DNA of 64,000 bases from Pseudolabrys sp. (GCA_025929185.1 JAICMO010000002.1:172-64171), one strand, 5' to 3'. Counted from the stretch's first letter, positions 20,950-30,159 are shown. Numbers and translations are program-made. The notes: a model not told the origin generated them from the sequence alone.

Positions 20950-22815
20950 ATGCGAATTGTCCATGTCGTTCGCCAATTTGCTCCTGCCATCGGCGGTCTG
21001 GAAAATTTCGTCAAGGATCTCGCGATATCGCAGCTAAACAATGGACATAACGTTCGCGTCGTCACGATCGATCGAATTTTCAACTCGCAACACGACGAAC
21101 GTCTGCCGAGACTTGAATGGATCGACGGTATCGAGATCGTGCGCCTTCCCTATTTTGGCTCGAAGCGCTATCCGGTTGCCCTATCCGCGATTCGACATAT
21201 CAAAGACGCCGATGTTGTGCACGTTCACGGCGTCGACTTTTTCTTCGATTACCTGGCCTGGACAAGACCATTTCATCGCCGCCGGTTGATTGCTTCCACT
21301 CATGGTGGCTTTTTTCACACACCCTTCGCGGCACGCCTTAAACGCTTGTATTTCCTATCAATCACCCGAGCGTCCTTAACGTGGTATTCGGCCGTCGCGA
21401 CGGTAAGTGCGTCTGACGACGAACTCTTCAGCAAGATTCGACGTGCAGGAGCTTGCTTGATCGAGAATGGCATTGAAGTCGACAAATATCTTGATGCAGG
21501 CGCAAAATCGCCGAAAAAAGCGCTTCTTACGATAGGGCGGCTGTCAAGCAACAAACGGCTCGATCATGTCGTTCGCTTTTTGGCAGCGATCCGCCGTATC
21601 GATCCGGAGTGGCGCCTCTATATTGCGGGCCGCCCATGGGATGTGTCGGCCGCAAGCCTGATGACATTGGCGGATAGCATCGGCATAGGCGATGCCATCC
21701 AGATCTTCGAGTCAGCTTCTAGTGACCAAATCCGCAGCATGATGGCCGAGTGCTCGGCCTTCGTCAGTGCTTCCAAGTACGAAGGCTTCGGGGTCGCCGT
21801 CATTGAAGCCTTATCTGCGGGCTTGTGGCCGGTCATGAGCGAAATTCCACCGTTCCAACAGCTGGTCGACAGAACGGGGGTCGGAATGACGGTAAATTTC
21901 GAAGACGCCGACGCGGCCGCTCACCGCTTCCTTTCGGAATGGCGGACGATCACCCGCGACTATGAAAGAACGCGATCGGCCCTTCTGAGCGCGGCAGAGG
22001 GCTTCCAGTGGTCTCAGGTCAGCAAGAAATACGAGGCGCTTTATGATTCGATCTTAGGGAACGACGTGCGTACGATTCTTGGCGTTCCTATTCTCGTGCG
22101 AACATCGTCGCAAGCTGTCGACCTGTTGGACGAACAATTCCGCAGTAACGCGCCGACCGTCGTCGCCTTTGCGAACGCGCACACCCTAAACATGACGGCG
22201 GCCGATCCTCGGATGAGAAGCGCCCTCAACCGTTCGGTCGTGTTCAATGATGGGTTGGGCATCGACATCGCGAGCCGGATGTTGTTCGGCAAACCGTTCC
22301 CCGACAACTTGAACGGCACAGACTTCGTACCCGGTTACCTGCGGCAAACAAAGAACCGCTACCGTATTTTCATGGTCGGAGGGCAGCCCGGCATTGCTGA
22401 GCGGGCTGCCGGGGAACTCGCCAACATCGCGCCGCATCACCAAATCGTCGGTTGCTCGGATGGCTACACGCCGGCGGCGCAAGTTCCGGCATTGCTCGAT
22501 GAGATACGGAAGTCACGCGCGGACATCCTCCTCGTCGCCATGGGCAATCCCATCCAGGAAGCATGGTTGAGTGAGCACCTGCAAAGCACGGGCTGCCGGC
22601 TGGGCTTCGGTGTAGGCGGGCTATTCGACTTTTTGGCAGGCCGCGTACCCCGTGCGCCGCTCTGGGTGCAATCGGCTCGGGTCGAGTGGCTGTTCCGGAT
22701 GATCCAGGAGCCCCAGCGGCTATGGAGGCGCTATCTGCTGGAGATGCCGCTCTTTCTGCTTAGGGTGATCCGCCAGCGGTTTGCAGGAGCGCGGGTATCG
22801 CGGGTGACGCGGTAA
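20950..22815 (+). CDS. Bifunctional glycosyltransferase: N-terminal GT4 (GT-B, group 1) fused to C-terminal WecB/TagA/CpsF (GT26) domain
   Basis: The N-terminal half opens MRIVHVVRQFAPAIGGLENFV and has the E-x7-E region SKYEGFGVAVIEALSAGLWPV. From about residue 375 it has GT26 landmarks (ILGVPI, AFANAHTLN, VFNDGLGIDIASR, ILLVAMGNPIQEAW, GVGGLFDFLAGRVPRAPLW, EWLFRMIQEPQRLWRRY). Confidence 0.85.
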   Translation: MRIVHVVRQFAPAIGGLENFVKDLAISQLNNGHNVRVVTIDRIFNSQHDERLPRLEWIDGIEIVRLPYFGSKRYPVALSAIRHIKDADVVHVHGVDFFFDYLAWTRPFHRRRLIASTHGGFFHTPFAARLKRLYFLSITRASLTWYSAVATVSASDDELFSKIRRAGACLIENGIEVDKYLDAGAKSPKKALLTIGRLSSNKRLDHVVRFLAAIRRIDPEWRLYIAGRPWDVSAASLMTLADSIGIGDAIQIFESASSDQIRSMMAECSAFVSASKYEGFGVAVIEALSAGLWPVMSEIPPFQQLVDRTGVGMTVNFEDADAAAHRFLSEWRTITRDYERTRSALLSAAEGFQWSQVSKKYEALYDSILGNDVRTILGVPILVRTSSQAVDLLDEQFRSNAPTVVAFANAHTLNMTAADPRMRSALNRSVVFNDGLGIDIASRMLFGKPFPDNLNGTDFVPGYLRQTKNRYRIFMVGGQPGIAERAAGELANIAPHHQIVGCSDGYTPAAQVPALLDEIRKSRADILLVAMGNPIQEAWLSEHLQSTGCRLGFGVGGLFDFLAGRVPRAPLWVQSARVEWLFRMIQEPQRLWRRYLLEMPLFLLRVIRQRFAGARVSRVTR

Positions 22816-22851
22816 GTGAAGATTCGGCTTAAAAGGACCGTTTGCGGCGGG

Positions 22852-25194
22852 TCATAACGCTGTTTGTTTCGCGGCCAAGCCATAGTCGTAGGGCTGGCTG
22901 TAAGCCGAACTGTAGTAGTAATCATATTGTCGCACGCGCTTGAGATCGACGCGCGTGAGAACGGTTCCCAGAATTCTGTCGTGCGACGACGAAAGCTGAT
23001 CGAGAGCGCGGACGACAAGATCTTTCGGCGTGTGGTTCCAAGCGACCGTAAGAATGATGCCGTCGGCATGCTCACCGAGCGCGCAGCTGTCGACGAGCGG
23101 CATCAGCGGCGGTGCGTCAACAACGATGATGTCGTAATGACGTTTCAATTCGCCTAAAATTATACCCATCGCGTTGGAAAAAACGAGCTCGTTGGCAATT
23201 CTCGTATCCTCCGACGGCGGAGAGGGAAGCACGGAAAGGGGAATTCTCGAATCCGGTAAAATCGCCTGCGGAAGCGAAACACGGCCAAGCGCAACGTCTA
23301 ACAGGCCGAATCTGGCGCGAGGGCATAACGAACGGCTCATCTCGGGATTTCGCAAGTCGCCCTCGACAAGAAGCGTCCGGACGCCGAGCATGGCGTGGGC
23401 CAGCGCAAGATTCGCCGCCAATGTTGTCTTTCCCTCCCCGTCGATCGCCGAGGTCACCATGACCAATTTCATCGGACGCATCCGGCCGGCACGCTGAACG
23501 GCAAGCCGTATCGCTCGAATTGACTCGGCAAATATCGAATTTGGTTCCTCGGCGATATAGTGCATCAGCGGTGGCTGCAATGGAATCGGCAGCAAAGAAA
23601 TCAAGTTGGGGCTGTAATTGGCGAGCGCATCGCGGCCGCGCTTGGCGATGCTCGAGAGTTCGCGCGCGCCGATGGCCGGCACCGAAGCAAGCGCCGGTAA
23701 TCCGGTGATCACCGCCAACTGATTGAGCGTTTTCACCCGCCAGTCGAAATGATCGACCGCGATCGCAAGAATGCAGCCGAACGACAGCCCCAACGCTGTG
23801 GCGACCGCAAGAAAGAGAAACGGCCTCGGAAAAGATGGTTTGATCGGAATGTCCGGCTCAGATACGATGCGCGCCTCGGGCAATTTTAAGCTTTCGCGGG
23901 CGGTCGCTTCCTTGTAGTTGGACAAAAACGAGTCATACAGCGTGCGATTGGCATCGGCCTCGCGCTGCAATTGTTGCAAGCGGACCTGCGCGTGTCCCGA
24001 TTCGGTCGAAACATCTTGCAGCGCTTTCAGACTCTTCTCCAGCGAGGCTTCACGCGCCGCCGCCACCTCATAGCTTTGCCGGCGGCTTTGCAGAATACGG
24101 TGAACTTCTTCGTTGATCAGCCTTTGCGTGTCTCGCAACTGCGCCTTTGCCGCAACCAGAAGCGGGTGGTGAGCGCCATAGCGGCTTGCCAGATCGGCCT
24201 CGTTCTTCGCAAGATCCGCGTACTGGCCGCGGAGCCTGGCAATCGTTTCTGAGGATAATGCTTCCGTCACGGAACCGGGGTCCACTCCATTTTTGGCAAT
24301 CCGCGCAACTTGCTCATACTTCGCACGGGCCTGCGCCGCCTCGGCGCGCGCCTGGATAAGCTGCGTGTTGAGATCGGCGATCTGCTGATCGTTGACGGTC
24401 ACGCCCTGCGTCATAACGAGTTGGTGAGCCGCCCGGTAGTCGGCGACAGCCTTATCGGACGCCAGCAAGCGCGCTTTGAGCTCGGCTAATTGCTGATCCA
24501 TCCAGCTCGCCGCAGCCTTTGCCGAATCCGATTTGCCGCGCACCAACTGGGTGAAATACGCGTCCACAATCCCCTTTGCGACCGCTGCCGCTTTCCTCGG
24601 CTCGTGTGAGCTGACACTGACGTCGACAAGGTAGCTGTTTTGCTGCCTGGTGACTCTCAACCGATGCTGGAGAACGACGACCGATTCCAGGATCGCAATC
24701 TGTTCACGGCTCAGTCCGTGATTGGCCGGCGCCGGCGCAAACAGCTTCTTGATCGGATCGAGAATGCTTGGTTCCGGCATGAAATCAGGATCGGCGGTCA
24801 AATTGAGGCTTTTGACCACGTTCCGAAGGACTTCGACCGATTCAATCAACAGGACCTGGCTCTCGATCGCGGCTTCGTCCGTTGCGACATTGCGGACAGT
24901 CGCCGTGGCGGGATTCAAATTGATGACATCCGAGCGATGCGGATCGATCAGAACTGTCGACGTCGCGGTGTAGAGTGGCCTCACCAGCAGCACCAAGGTC
25001 GCGGTCAAGGCGGCAAAGGCGAGCGTGCACAGAATGATGATGCTCGTGTGCCGCCGCAAAATATGGAAAATCTCCCCTACCGTGATGCCGGACGAACTGG
25101 CATGCGAATCGACCGCAAACGGCTCGGACTGGAGCGCGGGAAGCGTCTGCTCAGAAATGCGCGGTAACATCGATGCCGATCTCGTGTCTGTCAT
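22852..25194 (-). CDS. Polysaccharide co-polymerase / tyrosine autokinase (Wzc/ExoP/GumC-like PCP-2a)
   Basis: TM1 is IIILCTLAFAALTATLVLLV. A long coiled-coil periplasmic domain follows, then TM2 FLFLAVATALGLSFGCILAIAV. The cytoplasmic BY-kinase has Walker A SAIDGEGKTTLAANLA and IIVVDAPP, plus a Tyr-rich tail RQYDYYYSSAYSQPYDY. The start may be the second ATG at 25170. It overlaps the 3' end of the upstream beta-barrel gene. Confidence 0.9.
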   Translation of the reverse strand: MTDTRSASMLPRISEQTLPALQSEPFAVDSHASSSGITVGEIFHILRRHTSIIILCTLAFAALTATLVLLVRPLYTATSTVLIDPHRSDVINLNPATATVRNVATDEAAIESQVLLIESVEVLRNVVKSLNLTADPDFMPEPSILDPIKKLFAPAPANHGLSREQIAILESVVVLQHRLRVTRQQNSYLVDVSVSSHEPRKAAAVAKGIVDAYFTQLVRGKSDSAKAAASWMDQQLAELKARLLASDKAVADYRAAHQLVMTQGVTVNDQQIADLNTQLIQARAEAAQARAKYEQVARIAKNGVDPGSVTEALSSETIARLRGQYADLAKNEADLASRYGAHHPLLVAAKAQLRDTQRLINEEVHRILQSRRQSYEVAAAREASLEKSLKALQDVSTESGHAQVRLQQLQREADANRTLYDSFLSNYKEATARESLKLPEARIVSEPDIPIKPSFPRPFLFLAVATALGLSFGCILAIAVDHFDWRVKTLNQLAVITGLPALASVPAIGARELSSIAKRGRDALANYSPNLISLLPIPLQPPLMHYIAEEPNSIFAESIRAIRLAVQRAGRMRPMKLVMVTSAIDGEGKTTLAANLALAHAMLGVRTLLVEGDLRNPEMSRSLCPRARFGLLDVALGRVSLPQAILPDSRIPLSVLPSPPSEDTRIANELVFSNAMGIILGELKRHYDIIVVDAPPLMPLVDSCALGEHADGIILTVAWNHTPKDLVVRALDQLSSSHDRILGTVLTRVDLKRVRQYDYYYSSAYSQPYDYGLAAKQTAL

Positions 25195-26629
25195 AGGTTG
25201 AAGTTGGCAGGTTGCTGTTGCGCCGGACGAATTTATAGCGCAGCCCCACAGAGCTGATGCGGTTCAGCAGATAGTCCAGCCCCGCATTCACCGCGTAGAC
25301 GTTATCCTCCCGCACTTGGCCGAAGAATTTGTCGTGCTCATAAGCGGCGGACATCGAAAAAATAAGATTGCGGCGCAATTCATAGTCGGCGCCCAATTGG
25401 ATCGCGCTCGCGCGCACCGCGCTGGTAATCGTGTCGACGGCCTCGGTCGTGATTTCTTCGCCCTTGAGCTTGATGTCGAGCGAACGCGTCGGACTCCATG
25501 TAATAAGCGCGCGATAGGCTGGACCGGCGACCGTTCCGATCCTCGGATCGTCAAAGCGCTGGCTCGTGTAGCCGGCGCCGACCTCGCCACCAATCAGCGA
25601 TGTCAGACGAAAATTCACGCCGGAAAGAGCGTGGTATCCGGTAGAACTTAATGAAGATGTCGGGGTGCCCCTGAGATTTCGCTCATTCCCTTCAAACGCT
25701 GTAAACAGACCGATATTCGGCGAGATGGCGTAATCGACGCGCGCATGACCGACGTTGATCGATCCGTCGCGGCTGTCCTGATTGATGACCGCGCCGTTTT
25801 GCGCACGCGTCGAACCGAAATTGTAATTCTCGTTGCGTGCGCCGAACGAGACGGCAAGCCGGTTGAACTGCTGCCAGTAAGTAACGTCTTCGAACGTGTA
25901 GCCGTAGGGCGTCGGTTGAATAGCGCCGGTTGGCGAGCTCAAGGAGCCTACCTCTTCATGCAGGTAAGCGGCGCGAAGCTTGAACAGAATGGCTATGTCG
26001 TGCCGCACGTCGATGCGGCCGCTCATGCGGACGCTTGCGTCCGTCTGATCCAGGCCTGAGAACCGGCTATACTCCAGCGATCGCGAATAAGCGTCGAAGT
26101 TCAACTGGTGACGGTCCCACAGCGAGGTCGCCTTAATCGACGGCTGGAACTCCCCGATAAAATCGCTCTGCTTGTTGATGTTTGAAGCGAACACATTGCT
26201 GTTGTAAAACGCGCCCGCCGTGACTTGCGGATAGAACATCCAGGAATGAAAGCGGATGCCGACTGGATCGTAACCGGGCCGTTGACGCGTTTTCACCGGC
26301 GTATCCTCCGGAGCAATACTTTGACCAGGCGTGCGCGACCACAATTCGGCATATGGAACCGGCTGGAATACTTCCTGCGCACTCCAGGGCGGCAACGGCG
26401 GCGGCGCCAGCGGCAAGATGGCCTGCGCATGGGCCGGTGATTTGACGCAAACACCGGCGGCGAGCGCTACGGCCCACCATGCAACATCCCTTCCGCTATG
26501 GGCGCTGCAATTTGACTTATAGCCACGCACCCACACCCGCAGAGGAACCAACCGGTGGAGCTTCAATCGGTTCCGCGCCGCAGCGATGAAATTGGGCAGC
26601 GCAAAAGAGGGAGATCCGCCAGTGAACAT
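25151..26629 (-). CDS. Outer-membrane beta-barrel protein associated with polysaccharide export
   Basis: Alternating beta-strand pattern throughout, Tyr/Gly/Asn-rich, with a terminal aromatic (DVTAHF) typical of OMPs. There is a signal-like segment WWAVALAAGVCVKSPAHAQA. It is sandwiched between the OPX and Wzc genes. The true start is uncertain (possibly an internal GTG). Confidence 0.6.
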   Translation of the reverse strand: MFTGGSPSFALPNFIAAARNRLKLHRLVPLRVWVRGYKSNCSAHSGRDVAWWAVALAAGVCVKSPAHAQAILPLAPPPLPPWSAQEVFQPVPYAELWSRTPGQSIAPEDTPVKTRQRPGYDPVGIRFHSWMFYPQVTAGAFYNSNVFASNINKQSDFIGEFQPSIKATSLWDRHQLNFDAYSRSLEYSRFSGLDQTDASVRMSGRIDVRHDIAILFKLRAAYLHEEVGSLSSPTGAIQPTPYGYTFEDVTYWQQFNRLAVSFGARNENYNFGSTRAQNGAVINQDSRDGSINVGHARVDYAISPNIGLFTAFEGNERNLRGTPTSSLSSTGYHALSGVNFRLTSLIGGEVGAGYTSQRFDDPRIGTVAGPAYRALITWSPTRSLDIKLKGEEITTEAVDTITSAVRASAIQLGADYELRRNLIFSMSAAYEHDKFFGQVREDNVYAVNAGLDYLLNRISSVGLRYKFVRRNSNLPTSTYDRHEIGIDVTAHF

Positions 26630-26695
26630 TGATTTCCCCGTCTTGCTTCGGTGCGGAATTCAGAGTGCTCGGCGACAGCCTCCCCGTCGTAGCGA

Positions 26696-27313
26696 CTAGA
26701 AGTACCGTTCGGGAATTCGGATGTTGTCCCCCGGCGCAACCGGGACATCCGTTCTGAGCGACCGTGTGATTTCCACCGGGGAGCCGGCAGGCCGGACATA
26801 GGCGGCCGTCTCGTCGGCGCGATAGGTATAGCCCCCCGCTAAGGCGACGGCATCGCCGATGGTCAGCCCCGGCGCATAGGGGAATTGACCGGGCTGCTTG
26901 ACCTCACCGCGGATGAAGAACGGCCCATAACCCGCGATTTGCACGCTTATGTGTGCATCCTTGAGAATACTTCCATCGAGATGGTGCGTTATCGAGCGCT
27001 CGAGCTGGGTCGTCGTGAGGCCCGCAGCCTTGACGCGGCCAGCGAGCGGGATCGACACGGACCCGGTGCCGTCGATCTGATAGTCCCCCGAAATTGTCGG
27101 CTCGTTATAGACGACGACATGGAGGCGGTCATTGGCGCGGAGGACATAGGGCCTTGACAGGGGAATCGCTGAAGCCGCCTGCATCGCCATGGCCGCCTGC
27201 ACGGAGGGAGCCGGAGCCGGGTCCCCTACGCAGCCGCCAACGGCGATCAACAACGCCACACACACGCCGCGAAGCGCCGTGCGCACGGCAGCGCTTTTAA
27301 TGCCGGAACACAC
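26696..27313 (-). CDS. Short polysaccharide export (OPX; Wza/GumB/ExoF-like) lipoprotein
   Basis: Lipobox-like LIAVGGC. Poly_export-like segment LRANDRLHVVVYNEP..SGDYQIDGTGSVSIPLAGRVKAAGLTTTQLE plus a single SLBB-like segment GEVKQPGQFPYAPGLTIGDAVALAGG. It is only 205 aa, so it lacks the C-terminal OM-spanning part of E. coli Wza-type proteins. Confidence 0.85.
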   Translation of the reverse strand: MCSGIKSAAVRTALRGVCVALLIAVGGCVGDPAPAPSVQAAMAMQAASAIPLSRPYVLRANDRLHVVVYNEPTISGDYQIDGTGSVSIPLAGRVKAAGLTTTQLERSITHHLDGSILKDAHISVQIAGYGPFFIRGEVKQPGQFPYAPGLTIGDAVALAGGYTYRADETAAYVRPAGSPVEITRSLRTDVPVAPGDNIRIPERYF

Positions 27314-27427
27314 GCCAATACCCTCCCGAACCCGTTCACACTTCCCGCTGTGCCCTCAAGCAGCGGCGCCGGGATTTGTTCCCACCTCACGAAAAATTTT
27401 TCGGAATTTTTATCCGACCCATCGGGC

Positions 27428-27649
27428 CTAGATTGCGTTCCACATCAGGACGGCTGCCAGGATAATCAGCAGCCAAAGGACGAGGTCGAAGAGCAAAAGG
27501 TGGTTTCGAATCTGGCGGGCGGGACAAGCACACGCTACCAATCCCCGAAACGTTTCAAATCCGCACAGCCAGGACGCCACTGCTGTGGCTGCGAGCGGGA
27601 AGCTCCAATTCGTTCGTCTGAGATTGTCCCGGGGGTGCTCATTTTGCAT
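27428..27649 (-). CDS. Possible small (73 aa) two-TM membrane protein, function unknown
   Basis: The ORF runs from ATG 27649 to TAG 27428 (MQNEHPRDNLRRTNWSFPLAATAVASWLCGF...LLLFDLVLWLLIILAAVLMWNAI). It has two hydrophobic segments but a weak RBS. It lies in a 635-nt gap and is divergent from the priming sugar transferase. I recognise no family. Confidence 0.3.
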   Translation of the reverse strand: MQNEHPRDNLRRTNWSFPLAATAVASWLCGFETFRGLVACACPARQIRNHLLLFDLVLWLLIILAAVLMWNAI

Positions 27650-27948
27650 GACGTTTGCCCGCCATGTTGGCTTCGCGATCGCCGGCGCTTTTCCGCGCAT
27701 TCGGTAGCCATGGTTCAGAGCCGCAACACCATAACTCAAGAACCCGTGCTTCGGTTTGCATTGACGAGTCCGATTTCAAACGAGGTCAATTTCGTTCCTC
27801 GTGCGCTGCGGAAAAATTCTCCGACTTCGTCAGTTCGCCGCCGTATTGATTCCACAAACTTCAATAGCATTTGGCGGTCGATCATAGCCGCTAAACGCCG
27901 CATCCAAGCGGCAAGACTATCCTATCCCGCCTTGAGGGTTAAGTAGCA

Positions 27949-28713
27949 ATGAGTCTCGGTATTTCGACGACATTCGATCGGCTGCATCGGCACAATCCAT
28001 ATCGCCGCGAAAATCGGAGCGACCGCGCCACGCATCGCCCGTACGAGCGACGCAAGCGTGTGTACTCCCGCCGGTCGGGTAGAATGGCATTGCAAGAACC
28101 GACGTTGCCGCTGCTCGCAAGTAAACGCGCGCTTGATATCTTCGGCGCCGCAGCAGGTCTGTTGCTGTTTGCACCGCTGTTCGTTGCCATCGCAGCCGCC
28201 ATCAAGTTGACCTCGCCCGGCCCGATCTTCTTCCGACAAAAGCGCTACGGATATCACAGCCGGCGCTTCTGGATTTATAAATTTCGCACAATGTACGTCG
28301 ATCGGGGCGATGAACGCGGCGTTGAGCAAACGAAGGCGGATGACTCACGCGTGACACCGCTCGGCCGTATTTTGCGCAAGACAAGCCTCGACGAACTGCC
28401 GCAGCTCATCAACGTCCTTAAGGGAGACATGTCGCTCGTCGGCCCGCGCCCCCATGTGCCGGGTATGCTCGCGAACGGCATGCTTTATGAGGCGCTTATC
28501 CCGTATTATTTTGCCCGCCATAACATGCGGCCGGGATTGACGGGACTCGCGCAGGTACGCGGACTTCGGGGTAGCACGGCCGATCCCGGGGCAGCCCTCG
28601 CCCGACTCGATTACGATCTCGAATACATCGAGAGCTGGTCGCTGCGCCGCGATTTTTCGATTATCGTGCAGACGGCCGTCAAAGAGTTTTTCTTGTCAGG
28701 CTCGGGCATCTAA
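27949..28713 (+). CDS. Undecaprenyl-phosphate sugar phosphotransferase (bacterial sugar transferase family, ExoY/WbaP C-terminal type)
   Basis: Signature blocks are KRALDIFGAAAGLLLFAPLF, SPGPIFFRQKRYG, FWIYKFRTM and DELPQLINVLKGDMSLVGPRPH. An alternative start at ATG 28084 would give an ExoY-like length of about 209 aa. Confidence 0.9.
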   Translation: MSLGISTTFDRLHRHNPYRRENRSDRATHRPYERRKRVYSRRSGRMALQEPTLPLLASKRALDIFGAAAGLLLFAPLFVAIAAAIKLTSPGPIFFRQKRYGYHSRRFWIYKFRTMYVDRGDERGVEQTKADDSRVTPLGRILRKTSLDELPQLINVLKGDMSLVGPRPHVPGMLANGMLYEALIPYYFARHNMRPGLTGLAQVRGLRGSTADPGAALARLDYDLEYIESWSLRRDFSIIVQTAVKEFFLSGSGI

Positions 28714-28780
28714 AAGCCGCCGGTGCCGCGGCAACAAATAAGCGGTGAAGCAGAACTTCGTGCTTGTAATGGGCTAGTTA

Positions 28781-28808
28781 GCGCGGCCGGCCGTCAGGCC
28801 GACCGCGC
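28781..28808. terminator. GC-rich hairpin between convergent genes (putative bidirectional terminator)
   Basis: GCGCGGCCGGCC-GTCA-GGCCGACCGCGC forms 11 of 12 possible pairs. It lies between the sugar transferase stop (28713) and the convergent GT4 stop (28819). Confidence 0.4.
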
Positions 28809-28818
28809 CTGACTGGCC

Positions 28819-29892
28819 TTATGCGGGCGTCAACTCGGTGCCGCTGACTACTTTGAGGTGAGGCGCGCCGACCTGCATGATGCTGCGATAGGCCGCGAGA
28901 TAGTCCAACGCCATGCGCCTTGCGGTAAAGCGCTCTTCGAACCGCGCCCGCACCTGCCGGCGGTCCAGCAGGGGAATCCGGTCAACCGCGCTGACCGCCG
29001 ATATCTCGTCTTCCACGATGAAGCCGGTAATGTTTTCATCGACGACTTCCGGCACCGATCCGCGGTTGAAGGCGATAACTGGCGTGCCGCACGCCATGGC
29101 TTCGATCATGACCAGGCCGAACGGTTCGGGCCAATCGATGGTCACAAGCAGCGCAATCGCGCCGCTTAGAAAGTCGGACTTTTCGTGATCGCTGATCTCG
29201 CCGATATATTCGACATCCGACGTATCCAGCAGCGGCTTGATGATCTCGTCGTAGTATTCCTGGTCGACGCGATCGACCTTTGCCGCAATTTTCAGCGGTA
29301 TGCCGCACCGTTTCGCAATGCGAATAGCACGGTCGACCGATTTTTCCGGCGCGATGCGGCCGAGTACGGCCAGATACGATGCCTTGACCGGCCGCGGCGT
29401 CAGGAGCTTTTCGGGCACCCCGTGGTAGATCGTTCTGATCCAGTTGGCCTTATGAACGGGCCGTCTCTGCGAGTTCGAAATGGAGATCAGTGGAACTTTG
29501 GGAAAGGTACGGAACACCGGTTGGTGTTCCGGGAGATCAAGCCTGCCATGCAGAGTCGTGACGAAAGGCGTCGTCTGCCGCGTGAACAGAGAGAATGGGT
29601 AGTAGTCTAAATGGAAGTGCAGCAGATCGAAATCGTCGCTGCGTTGCCGCACGTTTTCGAGCATAACCATGTGCAGCGCATTAGGATCGCGGATCGAGCC
29701 ATCGAGCCGCAGCGCCCGGGGCCAGACGGCTTCCAGCTTTGCTGAGGTGCGGGAATCGCCGCTGGCGAACAGCGTAACGTCATTCCCGAGCGCGACCAAC
29801 TCCTCCGTCAGCCAGTTAACGACCCGCTCTGTGCCGCCGTAAAACTTGGGCGGTATTGCTTCGGTCAACGGACCAACCTGCGCGATGCGCAT
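28819..29892 (-). CDS. Glycosyltransferase family 4 (GT-B, group 1)
   Basis: I chose the ATG at 29892 (MRIAQVGPLTEAIPPKFYGGTERVV), preceded by GGGAGAGAGG. The upstream 133 track codons are Arg-rich noise. The E-x7-E region is WPEPFGLVMIEAMACGTPVIAF. Confidence 0.85.
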   Translation of the reverse strand: MRIAQVGPLTEAIPPKFYGGTERVVNWLTEELVALGNDVTLFASGDSRTSAKLEAVWPRALRLDGSIRDPNALHMVMLENVRQRSDDFDLLHFHLDYYPFSLFTRQTTPFVTTLHGRLDLPEHQPVFRTFPKVPLISISNSQRRPVHKANWIRTIYHGVPEKLLTPRPVKASYLAVLGRIAPEKSVDRAIRIAKRCGIPLKIAAKVDRVDQEYYDEIIKPLLDTSDVEYIGEISDHEKSDFLSGAIALLVTIDWPEPFGLVMIEAMACGTPVIAFNRGSVPEVVDENITGFIVEDEISAVSAVDRIPLLDRRQVRARFEERFTARRMALDYLAAYRSIMQVGAPHLKVVSGTELTPA

Positions 29893-30068
29893 CAGCCTCT
29901 CTCCCTCGTGTTCATGGTTTTCACCCGCGCCGCCGAGCCCCGTCTTCTGGCGGAACGTTTGCACTCGCAAATTGTTCCTCCACATAGGCGAACAGCCAAA
30001 TTCCCATCGCAATGGTGTACCATGCGGACGATCATATTTTTGACGATCTTGTTGTCGCAAATTTGTAA

Positions 30069-30085
30069 GCAAACGTACTGTTTGC
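30069..30085. promoter_or_regulatory. 6-5-6 palindrome GCAAAC-GTACT-GTTTGC in a divergent promoter region
   Basis: It lies in the 267-nt gap between GT4 (-) and the ABC exporter (+). Immediately before it is an 8-bp palindrome CAAATTTG (30058-30065). Confidence 0.3.
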
Positions 30086-30159
30086 CCCTCTCCGCGGCCC
30101 CGCGGCAGAGCAAGTTCGCCGCTAACTTCTAAGTTCGTACGCAACGTTTGGCAGCGTGC

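Noticed and set aside
27350-27946. 198-aa plus-strand ORF filling the gap upstream of the sugar transferase
   Set aside because: There is no RBS, the codon bias is poor, and the translation is a mix of low-complexity segments. It more likely reflects a non-coding regulatory region.
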